Shown: positions 1-9,120 of the stretch, in pieces | Numbering within the stretch: position 1 is the stretch's first letter | Layout of the letters: each line of letters opens with the position of its first letter | NCBI RefSeq assembly: GCF_014280175.1 | Contig: NZ_CP047931.1 | Span: 1,620,001-1,652,000, forward strand | Length of the DNA stretch: 32,000 nt | Source of the DNA: Synechococcus sp. A15-28 | Lineage (GTDB): Bacteria > Cyanobacteriota > Cyanobacteriia > PCC-6307 > Cyanobiaceae | Direction: 5' to 3' | Position numbers and translations under genes: made by a program | The notes under the pieces: model-generated | The model's database searches: none | Seen by the model: the letters and a program-made list of their open reading frames with translations, nothing else | Told to the model about the DNA's origin: nothing

Positions 1-449
1 AGGATCTGGGCCTCATCCGAGGACTCGCCCACACAGACGGTGATGCAGCTATCGCCGTGGTAGCCATCGAAGTAGGCACCTGTATCCACCTTCAGCAGAT
101 CCCCCTGGTGGATCACCCGTTTGGCACTGGGAATGCCGTGCACAACCTCATTGTTGATGCTGGCGCAGATGCTTGCCGGGAAGCCGTGGTACCCCTTGAA
201 ACTCGGTGTGGCCCCCATCTCTCGGATGCGCTTCTCAGCAAAGGCATCCAGGTCGCCCGTCGTCTGTCCCGGCTCCACCATGGCCATCACTTCCCGCAGC
301 ACTGTCGCGACGATGCGACTGGCCTCCCGCATGATTTTGATCTCACGGGCTGACTTGATCTCCACACCCCGGCGTTTCTGAATCCGGGGACCTGTGGCTG
401 TTGCCGTCGGGGCCTGGGTGGAGGCCAGCAGATCTGCGAATAAATTCAT
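1..449 (-). CDS. map: Methionine aminopeptidase, type I (5' part; gene runs off the left edge)
   Basis: Reverse complement from ATG at 449-447 reads [109 protein letters not shown]. This is a typical MetAP-I N-terminal half. It is missing from the ORF track because no stop lies inside the window. Confidence 0.9.
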   Translation of the reverse strand, partial: MNLFADLLASTQAPTATATGPRIQKRRGVEIKSAREIKIMREASRIVATVLREVMAMVEPGQTTGDLDAFAEKRIREMGATPSFKGYHGFPASICASINNEVVHGIPSAKRVIHQGDLLKVDTGAYFDGYHGDSCITVCVGESSDEAQI

Positions 450-503
450 CAACATCCTTCTATATCCGTCACGCTATCAACAGCAACTGATTGAAGGTCG
501 GTC

Positions 504-788
504 ATGAGCCTGCTTGTGCGGGTGCGCGAACTGCATCGGGCCGTTGCCCCGTTGGTGCTGCTTCCGTTGTTCATCACCGTTTGCTCAGGGGTTGGCTACC
601 GACTTGCCCGCGACTGGATGGGCTTTGAGCGTGACCAGGTGCATTGGCTGATGACCTTGCACGAAGGCGAATGGCTGGGGGCCACGCTGGAGCCGTTGGT
701 GGTGCTGTTGAACGCCCTTGGGTTGCTCTGGATGCTGATCAGTGGTGCCGGGTTGCTGATCGAACGATGGCATCGAAAGGTACACTGA
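504..788 (+). CDS. Small membrane protein, PepSY-associated-TM-helix-like (94 aa)
   Basis: ATG ORF 504-788. The N-terminal RELHRAVAPLVLLPLFITVCSG and the later LHEGEWLG..LLWMLISGAGL resemble the LH-x-G and hydrophobic helix pattern of PepSY_TM proteins. The family assignment is by eye only. Confidence 0.55.
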   Translation: MSLLVRVRELHRAVAPLVLLPLFITVCSGVGYRLARDWMGFERDQVHWLMTLHEGEWLGATLEPLVVLLNALGLLWMLISGAGLLIERWHRKVH

Positions 789-816
789 TCGTTTGGCGAT
801 TTAACGCGGAGCTGGG

Positions 817-1275
817 ATGGCAGCCGATCCGAAGGACACGACGGTGACGGAAGAGAGCACTGAGAGCGCAGCTGAGGTGGAGGCCGTGGCGAGTGCTCCG
901 ACAACCCCAGCTCAGAAGCTCAGCGCCGAAGCCCTGATCAAGGCCTTCGAGACGGAGCAGATGAAGACCGATCTCCCTGAGATCTACGTCGGTGACACCG
1001 TCCGCGTTGGCGTCCGCATCAGCGAGGGCAACAAGGAGCGTGTTCAGCCCTATGAGGGAGTGGTCATCTCCAAGCGTCACGGCGGGATGAACCAGACGAT
1101 CACCGTCCGTCGCATCTTCCAGGGCATTGGAGTGGAGCGGGTGTTCATGCTCCACAGTCCGCAGGTGGCCAACGTCAAGGTTGAACGGCGCGGTAAAGTT
1201 CGTCGGGCGAAGCTTTTCTATCTGCGGGAACGGGTGGGCAAGGCCACCCGCGTGAAGCAGCGCTTCGATCGCTGA
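817..1275 (+). CDS. rplS: 50S ribosomal protein L19, with about 35-aa acidic N-terminal extension
   Basis: ORF 817-1275. The core [91 protein letters not shown] aligns along its length with bacterial L19. Confidence 0.95.
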   Translation: MAADPKDTTVTEESTESAAEVEAVASAPTTPAQKLSAEALIKAFETEQMKTDLPEIYVGDTVRVGVRISEGNKERVQPYEGVVISKRHGGMNQTITVRRIFQGIGVERVFMLHSPQVANVKVERRGKVRRAKLFYLRERVGKATRVKQRFDR

Positions 1276-1300
1276 GGTCTCGGCCTCGTTCAATCAAGTC

Positions 1301-1321
1301 GCTGACATCCTCGATGTCAGC
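1301..1321 (+). other. Perfect 9-bp stem-loop between rplS and tRNA-Trp (no U tract)
   Basis: GCTGACATC (1301-1309), loop CTC, GATGTCAGC (1313-1321). No T run follows. It may be a processing or stabilising hairpin rather than a classical terminator. Confidence 0.5.
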
Positions 1322-1337
1322 AGGGGTTCATCGCCTT

Positions 1338-1410
1338 GCGCCGTTAGTTCAGTTGGTAGAACGCAGGTCTCCAAAACCTGATGTCGGGGGTTCGAGTCCT
1401 CCACGGCGCG
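1338..1410 (+). tRNA. trnW: tRNA-Trp (anticodon CCA)
   Basis: 73 nt cloverleaf. Acceptor GCGCCGT/ACGGCGC, D stem GTTC/GAAC, anticodon stem CAGGT/ACCTG with loop CTCCAAA, T arm GGGGG-TTCGAGT-CCTCC, discriminator G. CCA is not encoded. Confidence 0.95.
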
Positions 1411-1448
1411 TCCGATGAGCCCCGATGTGTAGTTTCCCGGTTCTGAGC

Positions 1449-1637
1449 ATGGAGTTGGATCTTCAACCTGGTGATGTCGTGAAGGTGCTGGAGTCAGCCG
1501 CTCTTGGCTGGGTTCGTGCCCGCGTGATCCGCGTCAAATCAGGTGGTCGTGTGGTCGTTCAGAGCGATCAAGGTCGGGAGTTCACCGCCCGAGGGAACCA
1601 GGTTCGCCTGATCGAGCCAGCAGGCTTCCGCCCCTGA
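1449..1637 (+). CDS. Small conserved-looking hypothetical protein (62 aa from ATG 1449; ORF also opens at ATG 1425)
   Basis: ORF 1425-1637. MELDLQPGDVVKVLESAALGWVRARVIRVKSGGRVVVQSDQGREFTARGNQVRLIEP has a beta-rich, SH3/Tudor-like alternation. A strong intrinsic terminator follows. Start choice is uncertain. Confidence 0.55.
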   Translation: MELDLQPGDVVKVLESAALGWVRARVIRVKSGGRVVVQSDQGREFTARGNQVRLIEPAGFRP

Positions 1638-1660
1638 ATTCGAGTTGTTTCTTCAGCGAA

Positions 1661-1692
1661 CCCCCGATGGCTCCGACATCGGGGGTTTTGTT
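1661..1692 (+). terminator. Rho-independent terminator after the small ORF
   Basis: CCCCCGATG (1661-1669), 7-nt loop, CATCGGGGG (1677-1685), then TTTTGTT. Confidence 0.75.
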
Positions 1693-1741
1693 GTGACCTG
1701 ACCTCAACAAGGCAGATCAGCACAGGAATTCGACGGAATTG

Positions 1742-1771
1742 TTGACGGAGGGCAGGGCAAGGGTCAATACT
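1742..1771 (+). promoter_or_regulatory. Candidate sigma70-type promoter for tRNA-Asp/gltX
   Basis: TTGACG (1742-1747), 18-nt spacer, AATACT (1766-1771), about 65 nt upstream of tRNA-Asp. This is motif resemblance only. Confidence 0.25.
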
Positions 1772-1838
1772 GATTTGGTCGCGCAGGCGACACAGATCAG
1801 GTGCCACGGGGCGAGTCCTTTGTGTCTCCATTTGATCT

Positions 1839-1912
1839 GGGACCGTAGTTCAACCGGTTAGAGCACCGCCCTGTCACGGCGGAAGTTGCGGGTTCGAATC
1901 CCGTCGGTCCCG
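1839..1912 (+). tRNA. trnD: tRNA-Asp (anticodon GTC)
   Basis: 74 nt cloverleaf. Acceptor GGGACCG/CGGTCCC, D stem GTTC/GAGC, anticodon stem CCGCC/GGCGG with loop CTGTCAC, T arm GCGGG-TTCGAAT-CCCGT, discriminator G. Confidence 0.95.
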
Positions 1913-1933
1913 TTTTCACCACCCGAAACCGCA

Positions 1934-3367
1934 ATGGTGCGCGTTCGTCTGGCCCCCAGCCCCACGGGCACGCTTCACATCGGAACGGCGCGGACAGCCG
2001 TCTTCAACTGGTTGTACGCAAGGCGCCAGCAGGGGTCTTTCCTTCTGAGGATTGAGGACACCGACAAGGAACGATCCAAGCCTGAATACACCCAGAACAT
2101 CCTCGAGGGCTTGCGCTGGCTTGGGATTGACTGGGATGAAGAGCCGTTGATCCAGAGCGAACAGGTTCAACAGCACCGTGCCGCGATCGAAACGCTGTTG
2201 CAGAAGGGTCTGGCCTACCGCTGCTATGCCAACGAGGCCGAACTGGAGGCCATGCGCGAGGCCCAGAAGGCCAGCAATCAGGCACCGCGCTACGACAACC
2301 GTCATCGCAATCTCACGCCGGAGCAGGAAGCGGCCTTCCAGGCGGAAGGACGGGAAGCCGTGATCCGTTTCCGGATCGATGACACCGCTGAGATCCGCTG
2401 GAACGACATGGTGCGTGGCGCCATGTCCTGGCGTGGTGCAGACCTCGGCGGTGACATGGTGGTGGCCCGCAGGGCTCCCGCCGATCAGATCGGAGATCCC
2501 CTCTACAACCTCGTGGTGGTGGTGGATGACGCCGCCATGGCGATCAGCCATGTGATCCGCGGCGAAGACCACATCGCCAACACCGCCAAGCAGCTGCTGC
2601 TCTACAAGGCCCTGGGCCTGCCTGAACCGACCTTTGCCCATGCACCCCTGATCCTGAATGGGGAAGGCCGCAAGCTCTCCAAACGGGATGGCGTGACCTC
2701 CATCAACGACTTCCGCGCGATGGGGTACACCGCAGAAGCGATTGCCAACTACATGACCCTGCTGGGCTGGTCGGTGCCCGAGGGGATGGAGGAGCGCTTC
2801 ACCCTGCCCGAAGCAGCAGCAGTGTTCAGCTTCGATCGGGTGAACAAGGCCGGGGCCCGCTTTGATTGGGACAAGCTCAACTGGCTCAACGGGCAGGTGC
2901 TGCACGCCCTGCCAGCTCAGCAGCTCCTGGATGAGCTCCATCCCCTCTGGAGCGAACAGGGGTGGACGCTGCCGGATGACAGCAGCTGGGGGCTGGACCT
3001 GTGCGAACTGCTGGGACCATCCCTAACCCTGCTCAAGGACGGCGTGGACCAGGCGAAACCGTTCTTCGAGTGTCCTGATCTTGAGGACGATGGCAAAAGC
3101 CAACTGGAGGCCGAAGGAGCTCGTGACGCTGTGGCTCAACTGCTGCAGACCCTCGAGGCTGATCCCTGGGATGGTGGCGACATGGATCGCGCCAAACAGC
3201 TCCTGGGGGATGCCGCCAAGGGAGCCGGCGTCAAAAAAGGTGTGGTGATGAAATCCTTACGCGCCGCGCTGCTTGGACGGCTGCAGGGCCCCGACCTGAT
3301 GACAACCTGGTCTCTACTGGCCCGAATCGGAGAAGACCTCCCCAGACTGCGGCGTTGTCTCGGATGA
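1934..3367 (+). CDS. gltX: Glutamyl-tRNA synthetase
   Basis: The track ORF opens at TTG 1886 inside tRNA-Asp. ATG 1934 gives [30 protein letters not shown] (HIGH motif) and later GRKLSKRDG (KMSKS-type motif). Length is 477 aa. Confidence 0.95.
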   Translation: MVRVRLAPSPTGTLHIGTARTAVFNWLYARRQQGSFLLRIEDTDKERSKPEYTQNILEGLRWLGIDWDEEPLIQSEQVQQHRAAIETLLQKGLAYRCYANEAELEAMREAQKASNQAPRYDNRHRNLTPEQEAAFQAEGREAVIRFRIDDTAEIRWNDMVRGAMSWRGADLGGDMVVARRAPADQIGDPLYNLVVVVDDAAMAISHVIRGEDHIANTAKQLLLYKALGLPEPTFAHAPLILNGEGRKLSKRDGVTSINDFRAMGYTAEAIANYMTLLGWSVPEGMEERFTLPEAAAVFSFDRVNKAGARFDWDKLNWLNGQVLHALPAQQLLDELHPLWSEQGWTLPDDSSWGLDLCELLGPSLTLLKDGVDQAKPFFECPDLEDDGKSQLEAEGARDAVAQLLQTLEADPWDGGDMDRAKQLLGDAAKGAGVKKGVVMKSLRAALLGRLQGPDLMTTWSLLARIGEDLPRLRRCLG

Positions 3368-4579
3368 CGACGTCGTAGCGCCAGCGGATTCCTCGATCAA
3401 TCCCAGAGCACGGGCCAACGGTTGAGCCGTGAGGCCCTGCAGGCCCACGGTCATCAGGATGGTCAGAAAGACCAGGCCCTGCAGGCGACCGGCTCCGAGG
3501 ATCCCCGCCTGCTCCAGTCGAATGGCAAACAACGATGCCACCGACGCGGTGACGATCCCTCGTGGTGCCAGCCAGCCGAGAAAGAGCTTCTGGGGAAGAT
3601 CGAGCGGTAGACCTACCGTCGCCACACCCACGGCAATCGGTCGGACCACGAGCATCAGAACGAGAACGCAGCTGATCCCCCCCCAGCCCAGAGGGCTCAA
3701 TTCCGCCCAGGACACGTCCGCGGCAAGCAGTGGGAACAGCATCGTGATCGCCAGTTGCGCCAGCTCCTGGATCAGACCATCCAGATCGGCGGTGTGCGCC
3801 GTCTGGCGACGTCCAACCACGATGCCCGCCGCCACAGAAGCCGGCAAAGCTGATTCCGGCAACAGCCACTCGCTGACGCCGTACATCAGGAACAACATCC
3901 CCAGGGTGAGCTGCAACGGCAGGCCGGAGGACTGATCAGGCTTCAGCCGCTGCAGCAGCTCCGACAGCAGCCACCCGACACTGGCGCCGATCAGCACCCC
4001 TCCACCGAGCCGCTCCAGCAGGCCCAGCACCAGTTCGCGCCAGCCATGCAGATTGCCCAGGACCAATTCCAGCAGCAGCAGAGCCAGCACCGCCCCGATG
4101 GGCTCAAGCACCAGGCCCTCCGCCTCCAGCACATCACCCAGGGGAGCCGCCAGACGCATCTGACGCACCAGGGGAGTCACCACGGTGGGACCCGTGGCCA
4201 GAACAATGGCGCTGAACACGGCAGCGACGGACCAACTGAGTCCGGCCAGCCAGTGAGCCGCAAGCAACCCGGCACCGAGGGAGATCAGCAGCCGCAGAAC
4301 AGCGATCCGCTTCACGGTCTCGCGGATCGTGTCCCCCGGCAGTCGCAGATTGAGGCCGCCATCAAAAAGCACCAGGCTCACCAGGAGGCCGACCACCGTG
4401 CCCAGGCCCGGGCCCAGGTCGAGTGGCTCCACCAGACCGAGGCCGGAGCGACCGATCAACAGCCCTGACAGCAGCAGCAGAACCACCCCCGGCAGTTCTG
4501 AGACCGCTGCCAGCAGCCGCGCACCGGCCCCGGCAAAGACCGTGACGCCCCAGAGCAGACCCAGACGCTCAGGCGTCAT
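3314..4579 (-). CDS. Cation:proton antiporter (CPA1 / Na+/H+ exchanger family), 421 aa
   Basis: Polytopic hydrophobic ORF. Its N-terminus [27 protein letters not shown] and repeated Gly/Leu-rich helices are typical of NhaP-type exchangers. It carries the only TAG stop in the window. Confidence 0.85.
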   Translation of the reverse strand: MTPERLGLLWGVTVFAGAGARLLAAVSELPGVVLLLLSGLLIGRSGLGLVEPLDLGPGLGTVVGLLVSLVLFDGGLNLRLPGDTIRETVKRIAVLRLLISLGAGLLAAHWLAGLSWSVAAVFSAIVLATGPTVVTPLVRQMRLAAPLGDVLEAEGLVLEPIGAVLALLLLELVLGNLHGWRELVLGLLERLGGGVLIGASVGWLLSELLQRLKPDQSSGLPLQLTLGMLFLMYGVSEWLLPESALPASVAAGIVVGRRQTAHTADLDGLIQELAQLAITMLFPLLAADVSWAELSPLGWGGISCVLVLMLVVRPIAVGVATVGLPLDLPQKLFLGWLAPRGIVTASVASLFAIRLEQAGILGAGRLQGLVFLTILMTVGLQGLTAQPLARALGLIEESAGATTSSSETTPQSGEVFSDSGQ

Positions 4580-4814
4580 TGACAGAAGAAAACTGAGGTT
4601 CCACGCGAACGCCGATCACCGCTTCCGGCCGCACCACCAAATATTCACCTTCGAGATCACTGATGGGCACGTTGACAAAGCCGCCCTGCCCTTCGGCATT
4701 CACCACCCCCTGATACCACTCCTGAAACTGCTCCAGCCTGGGAAAGAACACCCGCTCGGTCTGACCTCCCACCAAATGAAGATGCACGGCATAGCGTCGC
4801 GGTGTTCGAGACAT
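4569..4814 (-). CDS. Hypothetical protein, 81 aa
   Basis: ATG ORF. Its stop overlaps the antiporter start by 11 nt, and its start overlaps the upstream gene's stop by 1 nt (TGATG). No family recognised. Confidence 0.55.
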   Translation of the reverse strand: MSRTPRRYAVHLHLVGGQTERVFFPRLEQFQEWYQGVVNAEGQGGFVNVPISDLEGEYLVVRPEAVIGVRVEPQFSSVNDA

Positions 4815-5440
4815 CAGTGCTGGATAAAAGCCAAAGGGGTCACCTCAGGATGCCCGATGGGATCAGGACCTGCCCATCGGAATGGTTTCAAGAGAGATCT
4901 CCGGGGTGCATAGAGAGGATGGCGCGGTTGGCCGGAGCGGGTGAGCGCTAAAGCCTGCGGCCCCGGCGCCAGTGGATATCGCTGAGCCCGTTGCCGCACA
5001 AGAGGCTTCAACAGATCCATGACGTCTTGGGCCCGGCCGAACTGACCCCCACCATTGCCCCAGCCACACCAGAGGGCCCAGGCCTCCTGGTCCGCCCAGG
5101 AGCGGCACCAATGCAGCAGCGCGGCATCTGCATTCCAACCAACAGGATCGTGACAGCGACGCAGGACGGAGGGCGAAGGGGACATGCGGGCGAACAGATT
5201 CACCACCACCAGAGCGTCATAGCCCCAGTCCCCTGCGAAGCCGATCAGACGGCGCAGGGTGGGGTCGTCCCGCTCCGCATCAGCCCGGGACGGATTCAAT
5301 CCGAGGAAGATCAATACCCGATCGCCGTGCTGCCAGCGTCGCGTCAGCCACCAGCGGAAGCATCGGTCGGAGCTGACGCTGGCGTCAGACCCCCAGATGG
5401 GCCCGGCTGAGCTCGAGGATGCGTTGACTGGCCTTGCCAT
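4814..5440 (-). CDS. DUF1643 domain protein
   Basis: RCFRWWLTRRW..RVLIFLGLNPSRADAERDDPTLRRLIGFAGDWGYDALVVVNLFARMSP matches the DUF1643 signature (YRYxLxRxW .. NPSxAD .. DDPT .. NLFA). The start lies inside the wecB 3' end (ATG 5440, or GTG 5443). Confidence 0.75.
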   Translation of the reverse strand: MARPVNASSSSAGPIWGSDASVSSDRCFRWWLTRRWQHGDRVLIFLGLNPSRADAERDDPTLRRLIGFAGDWGYDALVVVNLFARMSPSPSVLRRCHDPVGWNADAALLHWCRSWADQEAWALWCGWGNGGGQFGRAQDVMDLLKPLVRQRAQRYPLAPGPQALALTRSGQPRHPLYAPRRSLLKPFRWAGPDPIGHPEVTPLAFIQH

Positions 5441-6497
5441 CACCGAAGGGGTTCACCGCCCTGGACATCGACTCGTAGGCCGAAGCGTCGCTGAGCAGAC
5501 GGGATGCTTCCTCCAGAATGACCGAAGGGTCCGTGCCGACGAGTCGGGCCGTGCCCGCATCAACCGCCTCAGGCCGTTCGGTGGTGCGCCGCAGCACCAA
5601 CACGGGTTTTCCGAGAGCCGGAGCCTCCTCCTGCAATCCCCCTGAGTCGGTCAACAGCAGCGTGCAGCCCTTCATCGCTGCCACCAGTCGGTCGTAATCC
5701 AGGGGCTCGGTGAGCACGACCCGCGGATGGTCCCCCAGCAAGGCCTGCAGCGGTTCGCGCACCGTGGGATTGCGGTGCAACGGCAGCAGCAGCGCTGTAT
5801 CGGGGTGGCGATCAAGCACCTGAAGCATCCCTGAGGCGATGTCCTTGAGGCGCTCTCCCCAGTTCTCACGGCGGTGAACGGTGGCCAGGATCACGCGCTG
5901 GTGGTCCCAGTCGAGACCATCGAAACTGATCTGCGGTGCCGTTTCCGCCATCAGCAGCAAGGCATCGATCACGGTGTTGCCGGTGACGCTCACCTCACCC
6001 ACGACCCCAGAAGCCCTGAGATTGGCCTCCGCCTTCTGGGTCGGTGCAAAGTGCAGGGTCGCGATCTGCGAGAGAAGTCGTCGATTGGCTTCTTCCGGGA
6101 ACGGATCCAGCAGGTTGTCCGTGCGCAGGCCAGCTTCGACATGGCCCACGGGAATCTGCTCGTAGAACGCCGCAAGGCCAGCCGCGAAGGCTGTGGTTGT
6201 GTCGCCCTGCACCAGCACCAACTGCGGTGGATAGGCCTGAAAGTCCTCCCGCAGACCCTCCAGGGCTGCACAGGTGACATGGGTCAGGGTCTGGCGCGGG
6301 GCCATGAGGTTGAGATCCTGATCGGCCTTCAGATCAAACAGGTCCATCACCTGGGACACCATCTCGCGGTGCTGACCGGTCAGCACCACCCGGGTGCGCA
6401 CGGCTGAAGAGCTCTGAAAGACCCGGATCACCGGAGCAAGTTTGATCGCCTCCGGACGCGTGCCCAGGACAATCGTGACCCTGGGCTGATCCGTCAT
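5385..6497 (-). CDS. wecB: UDP-N-acetylglucosamine 2-epimerase (non-hydrolysing)
   Basis: VTIVLGTRPEAIKLAPVI, TGQHREM, LVQGDTTT, DSGGLQEEAPALGKPVLVLR and NPFGDGKAS are all hallmark epimerase_2 motifs. Length 370 aa. Confidence 0.92.
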   Translation of the reverse strand: MTDQPRVTIVLGTRPEAIKLAPVIRVFQSSSAVRTRVVLTGQHREMVSQVMDLFDLKADQDLNLMAPRQTLTHVTCAALEGLREDFQAYPPQLVLVQGDTTTAFAAGLAAFYEQIPVGHVEAGLRTDNLLDPFPEEANRRLLSQIATLHFAPTQKAEANLRASGVVGEVSVTGNTVIDALLLMAETAPQISFDGLDWDHQRVILATVHRRENWGERLKDIASGMLQVLDRHPDTALLLPLHRNPTVREPLQALLGDHPRVVLTEPLDYDRLVAAMKGCTLLLTDSGGLQEEAPALGKPVLVLRRTTERPEAVDAGTARLVGTDPSVILEEASRLLSDASAYESMSRAVNPFGDGKASQRILELSRAHLGV

Positions 6498-6586
6498 CGC
6501 AACTCTCGCGGTGGCCTGATTTTACGGCTCATCTTTGACAGGGACTTGCCAGCGGAGCCATCGGGACGATCCTGAAAGCAGCCCTT

Positions 6587-7759
6587 GTGACGCAGCGTGG
6601 CCCAGCCGGTCTTTCCCCCCAGCTTTCGCCGCGGCCAAGGACAGTATCACCGGCAGCTGCTGCACAGCCCGCTGAATCGGCAACGTCGTCACCCCATGGT
6701 GCTCCCAACCTGGAGGCGATCGTCAAGATTGCCCACGAGCAAGGGCACTCCGACGTGCATCTCGGCGTCGGCGAAGTGCCGCGGTACCGCGCCCGCGGTG
6801 AAATGCAGACCACGGAATGGCCCGCCACCGACCTCTCCACCTTTCAGGGTTGGCTGAGGGAGATCCTGTCACCACAGCAAATTGACACGTTCTTCTGCGA
6901 GAAGGAGTTCGACGGATCCCATGCCTTTCCCTTCGTCCGCATCCGGATCAACCTGCTTGATTCCCTGCGGGGCCCGGCCATGGTGCTCCGACTGATCCCC
7001 CAGACCATCCTGACCATGGAGCAGCTGAAGCTGCCTGAGGTGCTGACGGAACTGGCCGGTCGCCCCAAGGGTCTGATTCTGGTGACCGGCCCCACCGGTT
7101 CTGGGAAAAGCACCACCCTCGCCGCGATGATCGACTGGATCAACCGCAACGAAACCCGCCACATCCTCACGATTGAGGACCCGGTGGAATTCGTGCATGA
7201 GAGCAAACGATCCCTGATCCGGCATCGGTAAGTGGGGATGCACACCCTCAAGTTCCACAACGCCCTGCGTGCCGCACTGCGGGAGGATCCCGACGTGATT
7301 CTCGTCGGGGAGATCCGCGACCAGGACACCCTCTCCACCGCCCTGGAAGCCGCTCAGACGGGCCACCTGGTGTTCGGCACCCTGCACACCAATTCAGCGG
7401 TGAAAACCGTCGAGCGGGTTCTGGGTATGTTTCCACCCGAGGAGCAGGACAGTGTGCGGCGCTCCATGTCGGAATCGCTGCTGGGGGTGATCGCCCAGGG
7501 CCTGATCCGCACCACCGACGGATAACGCGCTGCCTTCCACGACATCCTCATCAACACAGACGCCTGCAAGGACTACATCCAGCGCGGTGCCCTGGATGAA
7601 GTGGAGGAAATCATGGAGCGCAGTGGTTTTGATGGCATGGTGACCACCAATCAGTCACTTCAGGCTCTCGTCGAAGCTGGGCGAGTGGAGCCAGACAAAG
7701 CTGTGGCCGTCAGTCTCAAGCCCAACGAGCTGGCTCAAGCCCTGCGCGGCAGAAGTTGA
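6587..7759 (+). pseudogene. pilT: pilT-family type IV pilus retraction ATPase, interrupted by in-frame TAA at 7229-7231 and 7523-7525
   Basis: A single reading phase carries Walker A GPTGSGKST (about 7088-7114), TIEDPVEFVHES, ALREDPDVILVGEIRD, TGHLVFGTLHTNSA and a C-terminal tail ending at TGA 7757-7759. The track splits it into 6587-7231 and 7232-7525; the third piece, 7526-7759, has no start codon. The putative start is GTG. Confidence 0.8.
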
Positions 7760-7939
7760 TCAGTTCCCGGCGAACACCCGCACGAGAAGCACCACGGCCA
7801 AACCGGCCGACAAGCCGATCATGGCCAGGCGGCCATTCCAGATCTCAGCCTGCGGCGTGAATCCGCGCTTCCAGGCATTCAATTCGTCCGAACCGACGGG
7901 CTCAGCGACGCCAGCTGTCTTTTCGAGTTGCTCAGCCAT
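7760..7939 (-). CDS. hli: High-light-inducible protein (HLIP / CAB-ELIP-HLIP family), 59 aa
   Basis: MAEQLEKTAGV..NAWKRGFTPQAEIWNGRLAMIGLSAGLAVVLLVRVF carries the E-x-x-N-G-R-x-A-M chlorophyll-binding helix motif. The longer track ORF (to 8101) overlaps tsaD and is not supported. Confidence 0.85.
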   Translation of the reverse strand: MAEQLEKTAGVAEPVGSDELNAWKRGFTPQAEIWNGRLAMIGLSAGLAVVLLVRVFAGN

Positions 7940-7976
7940 GCCCTGAGTGCCGTGCGCTAACACCCTACGAGTGTTT

Positions 7977-9041
7977 TCAAAAGGCTGGTTGCTCGTTGTA
8001 AAGCTGATCTGCCTGCCCAAGGGGCCAGCGCGCCGACACTCCAGTCCGCCAGGAACAACCACGAGCGCCCCGTTCCCAGCGCAACAGGGCCGCTGCGCCA
8101 ATCATGGCGGCGTTATCGGTGCAATAGGCCAGCGGAGCCACAGAGACCCTCACGCCCACAGCTGCGGAGCGCAACTGAAGGGTGCGACGCAATCTGTGGT
8201 TTGCCGCCACACCACCCACCATCACCAGCTCTTCAAGGCCATGGTCCGTGGCACAACGGAGGCTGCGCTCCACCAGAACGTCCACCACCACCTGCTCAAA
8301 GCTGGCGGCCAGATCAGCTGTCGGCAGGGGGCTGTCCTGAGCCTCCACCGTGCGGAGCATGGCGGTTTTCAGGCCGCTGAACGAAAAGTCATAGGGATGG
8401 AAGCCCCCCTCAGTCAGGGAGATGCGTCCCTTCGGCAACGTGAAGCGGCTGCCGTCCCCGCCCTCAGCCGCAGCTTGAATCGCAGGCCCACCTGGATAAC
8501 CGAGGCCCAGCAGGCGGGCGACTTTGTCGAAGGCCTCCCCGGCCGCATCGTCATGGCTGCGACCCAGCCGCTCCATCCCCCCATCAGCCTCGACCCGGAT
8601 CAGCTCGGTGTGTCCACCGCTCACCAGCAGCACGAGATACGGAGGTTGGGGCCGATGCTCCGCCAGATGCACCGACGCCAGATGCCCCTCGAGGTGGTGC
8701 ACCGCCAGGAAAGGGCGTTCATGCAGCGCTGACAGCGTGCGGCCCGTCACGGAGGCCACCATCAATGCCCCAGCCAGCCCCGGCGCCACCGTGGCGGCAA
8801 TCGCATCCACATCAGCGATGGTGGATCCCGACTCCCCCAGGACCTGTTCGATCAGGCCCGGCAACGCCTCCACGTGACGCCGCGAGGCGATCTCCGGCAC
8901 AACGCCGCCCCAGCGGGCATGCTCCTCAACCTGGGAGGCAATTCGAGCGGACTGAACATCGAATCGGCCATCCGCCCGACGGCTGACCAGGGCAGCTGCC
9001 GACTCGTCACAACTTGTTTCGAGGGCAAGGACTGATGTCAT
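7977..9041 (-). CDS. tsaD: tRNA N6-adenosine threonylcarbamoyltransferase
   Basis: [26 protein letters not shown] and [10 protein letters not shown] are Kae1/TsaD signatures. Length 354 aa. Confidence 0.95.
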   Translation of the reverse strand: MTSVLALETSCDESAAALVSRRADGRFDVQSARIASQVEEHARWGGVVPEIASRRHVEALPGLIEQVLGESGSTIADVDAIAATVAPGLAGALMVASVTGRTLSALHERPFLAVHHLEGHLASVHLAEHRPQPPYLVLLVSGGHTELIRVEADGGMERLGRSHDDAAGEAFDKVARLLGLGYPGGPAIQAAAEGGDGSRFTLPKGRISLTEGGFHPYDFSFSGLKTAMLRTVEAQDSPLPTADLAASFEQVVVDVLVERSLRCATDHGLEELVMVGGVAANHRLRRTLQLRSAAVGVRVSVAPLAYCTDNAAMIGAAALLRWERGARGCSWRTGVSARWPLGQADQLYNEQPAF

Positions 9042-9120
9042 CGGGGTGGGGACCCTCCCCTACTGTCCACAAGTGACATCCTGCCTCTCAACGGGCAGCT
9101 TACAAACAGGAATCGTTCAG

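Noticed and set aside
1338-1912. Small ORF bracketed by tRNA-Trp and tRNA-Asp, considered as a possible remnant of a tRNA-targeted integrative element
   Set aside because: There is no integrase, no direct repeat of either tRNA 3' end, and no compositional shift. The ORF has its own clean terminator and looks like a resident gene.
1916-2941. 341-aa minus-strand ORF fully inside gltX
   Set aside because: It is antisense to a gene with unmistakable GluRS motifs. Its translation is Gly/Pro/His/Val-rich and low in complexity, as expected for stop-poor antisense frames in high-GC DNA.
6535-6540. Consensus TTGACA in the wecB-pilT divergent region, considered as a pilT promoter -35 box
   Set aside because: No acceptable -10 hexamer lies 16-19 nt downstream (the sequence there is CCATCG), so a promoter call is not supported.
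7940-8101. Upstream extension of the hli ORF (113 aa in the track)
   Set aside because: The extension overlaps the tsaD 3' end and adds a non-HLIP, Cys/Gly-rich leader. HLIPs are 50-70 aa, and ATG 7939 gives the canonical length.
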